In this document: positions 50,550 to 63,906 of the stretch, piece after piece
Position numbering within the stretch: the stretch's first letter is position 1
How the letters are laid out: each line of letters begins with the position of its first letter
DNA from: Lingula anatina
Lineage: Eukaryota; Animalia; Brachiopoda
Reading direction: 5' to 3'
Assembly (NCBI GenBank): GCA_051362555.1
Contig: CM120644.1
Span: 18,560,534-18,624,533, forward strand
DNA length: 64,000 nt
The notes under the pieces: model-generated
Seen by the model: only the letters and a program-made list of their open reading frames with translations
Databases searched by the model: none
What the model was told of the DNA's origin: nothing
Made by a program: the position numbers and the translations under genes

Positions 50550-52349
50550 TCAAAAACTATTTTACAGCTTTAAGACTTTGTTTATATCAATCTGTTTCAT
50601 ATAGGATAACGCCATAGCAAACGGAATAGGATTTCCTCCTCGCGTTTTTTTTATTCAAGAAAAAAGGAACTCGAGTTACCCCAGGCTATAATTTTATGGA
50701 TTTCATGTAAAAACCTTAAAGAATTGAATAGTGTAGATTCATTCGATTAGACGGTTTAGGTTTAGGTTCGGAAATGCCACAGCACCGGCGACGATTGCTT
50801 CTTCTAGAGAACATATCGACAGAGCCTAGATCACGTAAATGAATATTAACACGTAAATGAATGTTAACGGCAGAAAGAAAAAACTTTCTCTTTGGTTTTC
50901 GTTCTTAGATACAACCCTATTCTGTCTTATGCAGTGATATACATAACATTTCCTTAGCTTTATAGCTTTGGCTGATCTAGAATAGAGATGCAGTTGAAGA
51001 AGAATGCCTAATATCACTGCCATGTTTTTGAATACCCTTGAACGAACAATATGTAATTTTCTAAGTGGGTGCTAGACTTTTCCTTGAACACCGTTCGCCT
51101 TGCCACTGATATGACGCAAACGAATTAAAGAAAATAATGTCAGCGTAATGATTCACACAAATATCATTTCTGGAGGAGAAATGATTGCAAAAACGTTTCT
51201 TTGGGGACATAATTAAGCTTGTGAAAAGGTTGTGATTGAAGGTTGTTGATACCAAAGCGGTGAAATTTTGTCGTCCGAATGAAAAGTCAAGCGGCGGAAT
51301 CAGGATGGGGGGGGGGGGGGGGGGGGGGGGGGGGGTATAGACCACACCCCTTCCAAATCCATCCTTGAATGGGTCCAAATGTACATAGTTTCTGTTGCAC
51401 AATGTACAGGATTTATTTTGCATTGTTTGTTGACGCAGTGTATTTACAGGACTTAAATTATCACAGATTTTTATATCGTCACGTGCTTGCAAAGCAGTAC
51501 ACAAACTATGCATTCAATGTTTATGCCAGACATATTACTAAATCATTTCAAAGTAGTTAAGTCCACTTGGACGTAGACGGTATTTTCATCTTACAAAAAC
51601 TACACAGTCACTCAGTATAAATTTATTATTTGAGGAATTTGTAATGGTTTTAACATAACCAATTAAAACACATTTCAGTATTGTATCATATCAAATTGAA
51701 AGCTTGGCGTCGCGTTAAGTAGATAATCCTCTCTAGATATTTTTTAAATATTTACATTCCAAAATATGTTTCTTTTGATACGTATATAATCCAAGAAGGC
51801 ATGCTGTGTAAGATAATAGGGGTACAGTTTTGTAGTCAGGGTAGAATTTGCTTTATGCCCCACTTTAACAAACGGGACCAAGGGTAACAGATATTATATA
51901 CCTGTGAAAATACATAACATGTACTTGTATACTCCTTCAATTTTTATCACTCCACCGTACAGACGGAAGTGTTAATGTAGGCCTTTTTTGTGTTCCTTGT
52001 GTTAAAAGATACTCGTTATGTGATTGTCATATTATAAAATATATCTTTTAGACATTTTATACTGTATAACACATTCACCATACTGGACGCATTTGTAGAT
52101 GTTGAAACAAAGTTTGCCATAGAAAAGAGTTGGTACACGTTTTAAATATCCCAATATTATAAGAATTAGTATGATACAGATGATTGGTTGCTTTTTCTAT
52201 GAGTTGAGTGTGATAATGTATATATTAGGAAAGTATGACAAAAATAAACTATATGAAAAAAAGAAATGTGGTTGATAATTGCTTTCTAGTTTACTTCACA
52301 TGAATAATTTGTAAGTAATTCTACACGTGCATGTTTGCGTGCGTCATTA

Positions 52350-52351
<2 letters not shown>

Positions 52352-52418
<67 letters not shown>
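52352..52418. repeat. (AT)n microsatellite
   Basis: ~33 AT units. Confidence 0.95.
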
Positions 52419-52422
<4 letters not shown>

Positions 52423-54141
52423 CGTCCACGATACTGGGTAACAACATTGGATCATGTGCAACATAGCGTCGATCTTGGGTGCAAGCTTTCCGCTTAGAAT
52501 ATGCATCGTATTTTGCTTAATATTCATGAATTTTGGAAAATGTAAGAAAGAGTAAACTTAACTTCACAGAGTTGGGAAAGCACGCTCCAGAATCGGCGGT
52601 TAAACAGCGACGACATGAAATCGTCTCTTGCGTGCACGCCCTCCGTGTATAATATGCATCGTAGTTTGCTACATGTTCTTAAAGTATGGAAAATGTAACA
52701 TAAAACACAAAAAAATATCAGGAAAGAGTACGCAGAGTTCACGGATTTGGGAAAGCTCGCTGCGATCCTGAATTTATTAAAATGATTTTTATCATAATCA
52801 TTATTTGAATCATATCTTGATTTAAGAACATAGATGCGAAATCTATATTTTTTGCAAATCCAGTTACCATTGTCCTTTTAATATTCGAGTTTCTGTTTAA
52901 AAATAAAACTCTTAGCAAAGAAAGTGACTCTAGTCTTTTATGTTATCTAAACCAAAATTTCTAAATGCAATTAGGCCCCTAATAAAGTCCCGGCTTCATC
53001 GATTTTACAAAGATCAAAACTTAGATCTACCTTGTTACATGCACTATGACAAGAATCATCTTTGAGAGAAGTGATTGCTGATTGGGGTTGGGGAGAGCAA
53101 CAGGTATTAGTGCTATTACGTACTGAATGGAAAAAGAATTAATTTTTTTAACGATACATGTATGTATATACTGTAGGATTCTTATACACACGTACTTGCA
53201 AGTACATTTTGAAAGTCATTTCACAGACGGAGTCTGTTGGTCCAAAATTACAGTTTAACTTTTGAATCATTACAATAACCTGAGAGTGACGGCTTACAAT
53301 ATACATACACTTGGTGCCTTATAACTACTGCTTCAAACACCATTAAAGGTATTCCTGTACTCAGAGTCTCTCTATATACGGGCTTTTTCCCCTCGGTGAA
53401 AAGTGAACGGGTCCCATATAATTAGTACAGATCAGGGTTGGTCGGTGTGTTTGGGTTAGAATATGGGAGGAATGTCACCTGCACAAAGTACTAGTAATGG
53501 GGAACTAGCAATGGACTTCGGTTCCTAAGGGAATGCCGTTCCTGTCACACCGGTGTAACATGACAGAGTCCCCCATGGTAGAGAGTCCCCTTACCATTCA
53601 TTTGTACAGGTTAGCCTCGCCCTAGATTTAAACACACTTAGGTCAGGCTAACCCTAACCATGATAACTAAATGGAGGGCGGATTTTCTGTTACGTCCACA
53701 GTTTCGTCACTACCTGTTCTTGCTCGTATAGGCGGATTCTTATCTTCCTTAAAGATGTAAACTGACGTGTTATATATCCCTGCATTAAAATAGGTTGCCT
53801 GTGTTTGGTTTTGTGGTGGTTACACCCTTGCTTTCGGCGGCACAATATTTCTTTTTATAATTTCTTATTTATTAATTTTTTAATCTTAATTCATTTATTT
53901 TTCATCAAATCACTTTTACGGTTGATATACACGATCCCAGTTAGAAACGTCCTACACATTTCATAAATTCCCTGTTACACAAACACCCCTATTTCCGATA
54001 CAGTCTCAAATCATTATGTCTGCTTGATCAATCGCAAAGCCTCAAACAAACAAAAATTAAAACAACCTCACGCAGCTTCCACGTCACCCATTCCCGTCAT
54101 CCCCTTGGGTTCCATCATGGCCGCGACCGCCTCTGCGGCGG

Positions 54142-54570
54142 TCATAGAGCACCGCCATTTGCGTCATCACTTCCGCCATCACTTCCGTCATCACTTGGGA
54201 TGGGAGAAAGGCGGTCGTATGCGATGAAATCGTTGTCATTCATCAGATCGTCCTGTGGCAAGAATGTGGCGACGGTGGAACCGGAACTGACGTGTACGTT
54301 ACTGCTGTAGACGACACGTGGCAGACCAAACCTTCGTCTGACCTGAGGGTGACAACACGGACCACCTTGGGGCAAAAAAGGGGTTATTTTATTTTTATTG
54401 ATTTTAAACAATATGTAACGATACAATGCAAAGGCTACTAGTACAATTAGATATGGAATAGAAAAGGCAATGTCGCATTACATATCGCAATTTTTTTATT
54501 CCATAGCGGAACACAGTGCTTCATGTAAGATAGCAAAATACATTATGGCATTCAAAAGCCCCCCCCCCCC

Positions 54571-54611
<41 letters not shown>

Positions 54612-54809
54612 GAACGCACGCAGAGGGCGTTATAGTCTAAACAGAGACATGGTTGATCTTGCTGTTAAATAATATGAACTAAAGAGATATAGTTACAAAC
54701 GATACCAAATTGATAGTTTGAAAATCGTTTGGTCTTGGTTTGTCTGTTCAAATTATTATTATTATTTTATTTAAGTGTTTCCAACTTTCTGGGTCCCAAA
54801 CACACACAA

Positions 54810-54855
<46 letters not shown>

Positions 54856-57126
54856 GGGGTTGATAAGCATTTTTAATTAAAATTAGCACAAACGTGTTTT
54901 CGTGATCTAACCAAGAAAAAGCATAATTTGGTTCAATGGGTCGTGAAAGATATTCCCATAATATCTGCAATAACTTGGGAAAAAATCATTTACCGAAATT
55001 AAATTGCACAATATGTAAACCTGTATAGGTACACTACCTGCAATACAAAAAGAGCAGCTGTGTCTATTCCCTCCTCTCTGTCCAGGTCCTCCGCGAATCG
55101 GCGGTAAAATAGACGTGGTCGTTACCATGGCACCGCAGTGGTAGCACGGGCTGGCAGTGCCCATCTGGGCCCACCCTCTGAAAATGTCCCAGTTTGACAA
55201 CTTTGAATGTCGGCTGTGATTATTATCATCGATATTTTCACTTTGATACCGACAGGCCCGTAGCCAGCAATTTCGAAAAGGGTTTTTTTTCAAAAAAAAA
55301 AAAAAAAAAAATGGACCTGTTACAATGAAACCTTTGTGTACCTAGATCAAATATTACCCAGAATGGACCTTTCTTTCGAAGCCACCTCTCCCCCCCCTCC
55401 CCGGCTACAGGCCTGGGTGGGATACATAAACGCATGTATAGATAAATAAATACAAAAGAATAAAGAGCATAAAGGAGCATCATATGAGTGAAAGGTCGTT
55501 CGCTGCCTGCACATACTGTTGTAATAACTGTGGATTGACCTGTCTCCCAGGGGATACGGTTTAGATTTCTGTCACGCCTATTGAAGCTGCTGGGGTAATT
55601 AATCATCGTTCAGCAGCTTCAGTAGTAGTGCCAGACATCTAAGCAGGTTAATTCCTTAACCTCGCTTTTGACAAAAGAAACTGTGCTATATCTTCCACTT
55701 TTTGATGTATAAATAATTACTATTAATATGAAGGTTTGCAATTCGAACGCAATTAAGCGAAAAACCTCTCGGAAATCCTGCTAAATCGATTTAGGTATGG
55801 GACCCCAGTCTAAGACTGTTGGTGCAAAGTAGCTGACAGAGAGAGAGACAGAGGGAGAATTAAAGGCAGCCATACTCTGGAAAATGTTTCAGTTTTAAAG
55901 AATAAGACTCACCTAAAATCATGCCCACACTCATTGCAATGAAATTCTGCATAGCCCCACTCTCGATCTCTTGGTATAGCATCGAATTTTACTCTACAGC
56001 CATAACACTTTGAAACCTACAAAATAATGTCATTTGAGAAATAATACAAGATCGATTCTGATGGGTTATAGTTAAAATCATTTTTTTTCTTTTTTTTCTT
56101 TGCTGTATCATTACTTTATTCATAGACTGAGTAACCATACCTAAATCTATCTTACAGGATCGATTCATTTCCTGCGGGTTCTCGCTTAAGTGCTTTCAGC
56201 CTAAGCGGCTTAGATGTATGGCACGCCCACTGAAGCTGCTAAACGATAATAAATTACCCCCTAGCAGCCTTAGTAGGCGTGATGGGCATCTAAGCCGCTT
56301 AAGTTGATTGCAATTGAGAGGGAATCCCCTTGGAGATGGTTAGTACGATAGGAGCAGTTTCGCACATGTATTGTTTGAGGTTGTTGCTTTGCGAAATGAC
56401 GTTAAATGCCGGAAAAGGAGATGTCGGAAATGAACCCTGGGCGTCAGGTACCGCTGCGACCTGTCTTGTACAATAGCGCCTCTTTACGCACGAAGAGAGA
56501 CTAATATTTCTATCTGAGAGGACTGGCTACAAGCAAGCTAAGACTGGATTACCACAGATTTAGATCGATCCGTCTGGATCGACCTAACTCCCTGGGGGTT
56601 CACGCTAAACTGCTGTCAGCTTCTGGGAGCTTAGCGCGCACAAAAGTTAATTACCCCCTTACAGCTTTTGGTAGGCTGGACAGACATTTAAGCCGGTCAA
56701 ACTGACAGCAATCTAGTGAGACTCCCCAAGGGGATAGATAGATCTATCCAAATATCTGAGGGAATGGTCTCTAAGGCCCAGCATAACGAAAGGGGGCCGT
56801 TTGTTCTCACTGGTATGAAACTTACTAGTTTTCTTGCAGGGACTCGTCTCCACCAGGCTTTGTCACAAGTTTGGCACGCGAATTGTCTGATCTCTACAGA
56901 GAGACGTCCATTTCTAGCCTCACTTGTCCGAGGAACAACCTCGATCTGCAAGTATTTAGATGTGTTTTGATATGTGTGTATGCAGGGGGGGGGGGGGGGG
57001 GGGAGCAGGCGTGAGAGAGAGAAAGAGAGAGAGAGAATGTGCGGTTGTGAAAGGAAGGCAAGTGACGGAGAAAAGAGATGGATAGAGCTGATAAACAGGA
57101 AATATATATTTGTAAAGCATATAAGA

Positions 57127-57180
<54 letters not shown>

Positions 57181-58978
57181 CGCACACACACACACAGGCG
57201 CACATCAAATAAGAATAACATTAATTAATAACCAAAATAAATATCTTTTGCCAACTTAATCTGTGAAATACTATCCAGTTACCCAGCTTGCGGCCTCTTC
57301 TTGTATTTCCCGTCTCAAATCCTCAGGCGTTGCTAAAACAGAAAACCAAATATATGACTGAAACAGAAATATTTTGTTTATTAAAACTCAGCGCATTTTC
57401 AAAACTAATTTGTTTATTTTACTTGGCCTGTGCTTATGATCCGAGTGTTTGCTGCTTTAAAAAAATCAACAAAATGATAAACATTATGGACTATTAGATA
57501 GACAAATTGATAATAACAAAAAAAAAAAACATTATTATTGACTAGATATCATTCCGTTTACAAGCATTTGTCTCCACTCACTTTCGAATACATAAGAGGC
57601 CGCCTGTCTAATATCGAAATCAAATTTCTGAACAAGATATCCAGCTTCGTTTTCAGTGAAACGTCCTCGAAAAAGTTCGCGGAATGCATTGAGCTGAAAT
57701 CAAAACATGTATCATACGTGAGCATGAAAAAGTCAATTTATTACACGAATTAAATAACATATTGTTTTTATATGTAGTACTTTCATTTGTGTGAGTAGTT
57801 TAACACCAAAATTACACACACAGGACTACTTGATTTATACCTGATTACATTTTCTTATAGGATATTGCAGGTGATGGACTTACATGTAATTTTTCATGTC
57901 CTATCGAACACGACAGAGAAAAAATGTGACAAAATAGGCTTTTGATTATCCATAAGATATTCACAGATATGTTATTTTCTCATGGGATTCTACCGACACA
58001 TCCAGATATTGCAGGTAGTAGACTTACATATAATGTAATATAACTTACATAGTATGTCATGGAGTGATGGAGTAAAGAAAATTCTCGTAGAAAATGGGTT
58101 TGGAGATGTGTGGCTTAAACAGAAAGCAGACAAAAACTTCATGAAAAAATTTTAGTGTTAAACTTAGAGACAGTAGTATACAACTTTGGCATAGTAGGAT
58201 ATCACAAGAAAATCTCAATATGAGAACATATAAAACTTTCGAACTTCATTTTGAGAAATTATTTAGCACCAACAAAGCGATACCTAGCACTAACATTTAA
58301 ATTTACGCCTGCCAGGTACAGTGTAGGTGGTGTATGTTGGTCGTAGCTCGTTTTCCACTATGGCTAGGCTGGCACAGAGAGAGTTTGATGACAATTAGCA
58401 TAGTTTACGACATTTGCCCAATTATACCACTCACATATTGCTGAGCAGTGATGTAACGAAGCGTTACTGGGGCTTAGTTAAGACGATCATTTTTTGCTAT
58501 CATTTTTGGTATTTTAGGGGGCAGGCGGTGTCTTTTGGTACGGTTAACAACTATGATTCAGCTAGTCAAAATCCTTGTTTCCTTTTTTCAAGAGGAGACC
58601 TAAAACAAGCAACTTAAGATATTCTAGATCATTTAACAACTCCCCCCTGCCGCCCCCCCTCCCCACCGAATCATCTAGGCTTCATTATCGCAGCTAGCTG
58701 CTCTTATTTGCCTAATCAGATACGTTTTAAGAACTACACAAAGTAAGTAGCACATCTTTGATAAACGAATATCAAAAACAGAGAAAGTTTTCGTATATCA
58801 GGGGACCCCTCTGAGCTCCGAACATCGTAATTGCTACAGATGTAATTTAAATTGCATTTTATATCTTGTGCCCCTTCCCCTCCCCCATCCCATGCACACA
58901 CAAAATCCCGGATCTTCTAATGGAGAACAATCTGAACAAATGTACCTTTTTTTCGGCGTCCTCTTCAACATCAGCCAT
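54142..58978 (-). CDS. SHFL: Shiftless antiviral inhibitor of ribosomal frameshifting homolog (C19orf66/RyDEN/IRAV), copy 1, 260 aa
   Basis: complement(join(54142..54365,55038..55177,55913..56016,56826..56945,57283..57332,57582..57693,58946..58978)), 783 nt, all phases compatible. Motifs as I recall them from human SHFL: [99 protein letters not shown], acidic tail. Confidence 0.93.
55253..55415. mobile_element. Small TIR element (CAGGCCCGTAGCC termini, hAT-like)
   Basis: CAGGCCCGTAGCCAG...CCGGCTACAGGCCTG. Related ends at ~24642, ~35385 and ~45553. Confidence 0.65.
56542..56771. mobile_element. Hairpin MITE (AGATCGATC family), TAA target duplication
   Basis: TAA|GACTGGATTACCACAGATTTAGATCGATC...ATCTGAGGGAATGGTCTC|TAA. 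Internal sequence shared with 28481-28705. Confidence 0.75.
58065..58265 (+). mobile_element. Decayed LINE ORF2 3'-region remnant in SHFL intron 1
   Basis: Frameshifted translation EILVENGFGDVWLKQ...KLRDSSIQLWHSRI...FEKL resembles the post-RT C-terminal region of CR1/L2-type LINEs. Confidence 0.55.
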
Positions 58979-60670
58979 ATTCTGTGACAGGTGTTCTTCC
59001 CCCACGGGTACTTACATACAACTGTTTGTCAGTACAGCGGGCACATTTTGTAGGAGGTTTCACTTCTGGTTATTAACGAGTGACGTCATTGTCGACCCAG
59101 ATATTTTCACGTGACCGAAATGTCATTAAGGGCATTGCGATATGGCTAAACGTCAGTACTGCTTTTTATGTCCTTTCATAGCTTATTTCCGCTACTTAGT
59201 TGTATAAGCCCCCTAATATGTTTGAAAAGAATGATTTTTAAAAAAAGGTTTGGAGGAGTATAGGGTCTGTTATGAAATATGTGGCAAATTCTTATTTATT
59301 TTTGATGTTTGTAGTCACAGATATACATGTGTATACCTAACCCGTGCGTATAACGTATATTTGTGGGAATTTCTGTGGGAATGGTCCCTAAAAGTGTGTC
59401 TGTCTGTTCTCTCTCTCTCTCTCTCTCTCTCTCGTTTTCATGCTACTAGCACGTGCTGGCTCTTTTAAATAAAAAAAATAATGTTAAATAAAGACAAGAA
59501 CGCCAGTTTTGTTGTCACAGCCCTATATCCATATGCTTTGCGGTTGACCTGGGCACCGTATTTCAAAAGCTTCGCAAATCGCGGCCGTGCGCTTATAGCG
59601 AAATCACCATCAGTTTCGAGGCTATTACAGTGTATTTGCGGCTAGTCGCAAAGGCTTCTGCGTATGCATAATTCGTCATTTTAATGTGTCTTTCATGTAA
59701 TTAAACATGGCGGCAAGTTTGGGTTGCTAGTCATAATAGCATATAACTAAAGCTATAACAAAAATATGGAAGCTTATAAAAGAATGAATCGCTCGGTACC
59801 TCTGATAGATAAATATTCACGTGAAGAATGCTAAAGTCGTGTTTTTTGATGCATAAACATTTCAAAATTGAACATTTCATACATCATTTTAATATTTTCT
59901 GATAAATATAATTCGTTTGTGTAGTCTACTAAAAATAATCATAAATTTAAAAGTGTTATTTTGTACACAAAATAAAAAAGCAGAAACAAGGCCTTCGGTC
60001 GCACCGTGACCTTCCTCAGTGTCTATTGTGAGACTGGACAAAGCTCCCCAATGCGTCAGTAAGTGTGTCAGTCCAAGCTTCGCTTATTGAATTTTTTTTT
60101 TTTTTTTTTTTTTGACATTTTATCGGTGTCAAACACTTCAAATGTCAGTATTTGTAATTATGATATTCCTATATATAAAAACAACCTCTTGATTGGCGTC
60201 ATGGTTTAAAAAATTCATTTTTTGTAATTTTATGTAATTCATGTAATTGTGTTATGACATCTTCAATTCATGCGGCAATCGAATTTTAGTAGAGTTTGAG
60301 ATTATAATAAAGGGTACCGGGGGAGACTGATTGTGCCCGGAAGTGACGTGTAGTGGTGTTAGAAGCGAAGCTAAGTGGTCATTTTAACCTGGAGGTGAAC
60401 GGGAGAAAAGAAGGGGAGTCGGAGGAAAAAGAAGTATTCCAAACAACATGGTAATATAACACTTTTTCTTTACGCATTTTGGACAGAGAATACTTGTAGA
60501 AATAATAGGTGCATGATATGAAAACGTGACACGGAACTTGAAGGTGCAAAATCGTGCTTTATTTGCTGTCAATTTGTTTTGAAATACACGCTGCATCAAC
60601 AGCCAGCGCGTCAAGGGAAAAGAATTCCCGGGAGGCTATAAATCGTGTCATGTGAAATTTAGGCATTTAA

Positions 60671-61249
60671 TCATTTCCGACGTCTCATTTTCCGACATTT
60701 AGCGTTATTTCGCAAAGCAACAACCTCAAACAATACATGTGCGAAACTGGTCCTATCGTACGAAACTGGATCGATCTATGTCCGGGTGGATTCTCGCTAA
60801 ATTGCAATCAACTAAAGCGGCTTAGATGTCTATCACGCCTACTGAGGCTGCTAGGGGGTAATTAATTATCGTTTAGCAGCTTCAGTGGGCGTGTCAGACA
60901 TCTAAGCCACTTAAGGTGAAAGCAATATAGCGAGAAACCCCCGGGAATGGATCGATCCTGTTAGGTCGATCTAGGTACGGGAACCCAGTCTAGGATTAAG
61001 GTAATGATACAGAAAAATAAAAAAAAAAACAAAATATTTTGAACTATAACCCATCAGAATTGATCTTGTATTATTTCTCATAAGACAAAATTATCTTTGT
61101 AGGTTTCAAAGTGTAATGGCTGTAAAGTAAAATTCGATGCTATACCAAGAGATGAAGAGTGGGGCTATTCCTTTGCGAGTGTGGACATGATTTTAAGTGA
61201 GTCTTATTCTGTAAAACCTGAAACAGGTTTTCAGTGTATGGCCGCCTTT

Positions 61250-61283
<34 letters not shown>

Positions 61284-61461
61284 TTCCTTACACCAACAGT
61301 TTATGTGGTGGGAACGAACAACCTTGTCACTCATATGGTGCTTCTTTGTGCTCTTTATTCTTGTGTCTGCATATTTATTTACCTATTCATGCCATTATGT
61401 ATCCCATCCAGGCCCGTAGGCTCGTGGGGTTCAAAAGAAAAGGTTTATTCTGGGCAATATT
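60671..61461 (+). pseudogene. Inverted partial duplicate of SHFL (intron - exon 5 - intron), with a frameshifted pseudo-exon at 61103-61196
   Basis: Reverse complement of ~55345-56433 and ~62755-63833. The pseudo-exon reads [22 protein letters not shown], then has a deletion removing AEFHC; its AG/GT sites are retained. Confidence 0.88.
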
Positions 61462-61555
61462 TTCCATTACAGTCTCAAATCCTCACGGCTGCTTGATCAT
61501 TCCCAAAGCCTCAAACAAACTAACAAATAAAAAACGGTCTCACGCAGCTTCCACG

Positions 61556-62034
61556 TCACCCATTCCCATCATCCCCTTGGGTTCCATCACGGCCGCGACT
61601 GACTTTGCGGCGGTCATAGAGCACCGCCCCTCCGCCACTTTCGTCATCACTTCCGTCATCACTTGGTATGGGAGAAAGGCGGTCGTATGCGATGAAATCG
61701 TTGTCATTCATCAGATCGTCCTGTGGCAAGAACGTGGCGACGGTAGAACCGGAACTGACGTGAACGTTACTGCTGTAGACAACACGGGGCAGACCAAACC
61801 TTCGTCTGACCTGAGGGTGACAGCACGGACGACCTTGGGGCAAATGAAAAGCAGTTATTTTATTTTTATTGATTTTTAACAATATGTAACGAACAATACA
61901 AAAGGCTACTAACACAATTAGACATACAGCAATGTTACATTACATATCGCAATTTGTTATTCCATAGCGGGACACAGTGCTCCATGTAAGATAGCACAAT
62001 ACATGATGGCATTCATAAGCCCCCCCCCCCCCCC

Positions 62035-62071
<37 letters not shown>

Positions 62072-62307
62072 ACACACTCGAACGCACGCAGAGGGCTAAA
62101 TACTAATAGTCTAAACAGAGACGTGGTTGATCTTGCTGTTAAATAATATGAACTAAAGAGGTATAGTACAATACGATAAGTTGGAAAATAGTTTGGTCTT
62201 GGTTTGTCTGTTCAAATAATAATAATTATTATCATTATTATTATTATCAGTATTATCATTAAAGGGGGGGGCGAAACAATTCCAACTTTTCTGTAGGCCC
62301 TATCCGA

Positions 62308-62352
<45 letters not shown>

Positions 62353-63392
62353 AGAGAGAGAAGGGGGGTTGATAAGCATTATCACAAACGTATTAATTTG
62401 ATCTATTCCCAAGAAAATGAATAAATGTGGTTCAGTGGGTCATGGAAAATATTCCCATGAAGCAAAATCATAATATCTGTAATAACACTGGGAAAAATAA
62501 TTTACCGGAATTATATTGCACAATATGTGTATATGTATAGGTACTTTACCGTTCATACAACAAGAGCAGCTGTGTCTGTTCCCTCCTCTCCGTCCAGGTC
62601 CTCCGCCGGGGCTGTAGCGAAGCGGCGGTAAAATACACGTGGGCGTTACCATGGCACCGCAGCGGTAGCACGGGCTGGTAGTGCCCATCTGGGCCCACCC
62701 TCTGAAAAATTCTCAATTTGATAATGTTAAAATGAAACCAAAGTAAACATAGATCAAATATTAACCAAAATGGACCTTTTCTTTCAAACCCACCCCTGCC
62801 CTGGTTGGGGTACATAAATGCATGAATGGATAAATAAATATACAAACAAAAGAATAAAGAACATAAAAGAGCACCAAACTGTATATGTGACAAGGTTGTT
62901 CGTTCCCTCCACATACTGTCGAACTAACTGTGGATCGATCTGTCTCCGAGGGGATTCTAGCTAAATTGCAATCAACTTAAACGGCTTAGATTTCTGTCAC
63001 GCCTATTGAAGCTGCTGGGGTAATTAATTATCGTTAAGCAGCTCCAGTAGGCGTGCCAGACATATAAGCAGCTTAAACTGAAAGCAATTTAGCGAAAACC
63101 CCCTCGGAGATGGATCGATCCTGTCAGAGCGATTTAGGTATGGGAACTGCGGTGTAAAGAAGCTGACAGAGAAAGAGAGAGAGAGAGAGACAGAGAGAGA
63201 GAGACAGAGAGACAGAGAGAGAATGAGAGAGAATTAAAGGCGGCCGTACACTGATAGCCTGTTTCAAGTTTTAAAGAATAAGACCCACCTAAAATCATTT
63301 CCACACTTATTGCAATGAAATTCTGCATAGCCCCACTCTTTATCTCTTGGTATAGCATCGAATTTTACTTTACAGCCATAACACTTTGAAAC
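61556..63392 (-). CDS. SHFL: Shiftless homolog, copy 2 (last three exons; 5' exons lie beyond the window end)
   Basis: complement(join(61556..61833,62550..62701,63289..63392)). [35 protein letters not shown]|[24 protein letters not shown]|[35 protein letters not shown]... Intact phases 0/2/1. Confidence 0.9.
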
Positions 63393-63906
63393 CTACAAAA
63401 ATAATTTGTCATTTGAAAAAATAACAGGAGATCAAATCTGAATGGTTATAGTTCAAAATATTATTTTCTTTTTTTCTTTTCTGTATCATTACTTTAAGCT
63501 TAGACTAGGTTGCCATTCCTAGATCGACCTGACAGGATCGATTCATTTCCGGGGGGTTCTCGCTAAATTGCTTTCAACTTAAGCGGCTTAGATGTCTGGC
63601 ACGCTCACTGAAGCTGCTAAACGATAATTAATTACCCCCCCCCCCCCCCCCAGCAGCCTCAGTAGGCGTGATGGACATCTAAGCCGCTTAAGTTAATTGG
63701 AATTTAGCGAGAATGCCCTCGGAGATGGATCGATCCACCGTTAGTACGATAGGACCAGTCTCGCACATGTACTGTTTGAGGTTGTTGCTTTGCGAAATGG
63801 CGCTAAATGTCAGAAGTTGAGAAGTCGGAAATGAACCCTGGGCGTCAGTTTCCGCTGCGACCTGTCTTGTACAATAGCGCCTCTTTACGCATTATGAAAG
63901 ACTATG

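Noticed and set aside
52500-52762. Diverged ~150-bp direct repeat between Shisa and SHFL
   Set aside because: Two degenerate copies, no ORF or structure; ordinary local duplication.
61181-61879. 232-aa plus-strand ORF
   Set aside because: Runs through a (CT)n repeat, the inverted intron copy and the antisense of the SHFL last exon; not a coherent gene.
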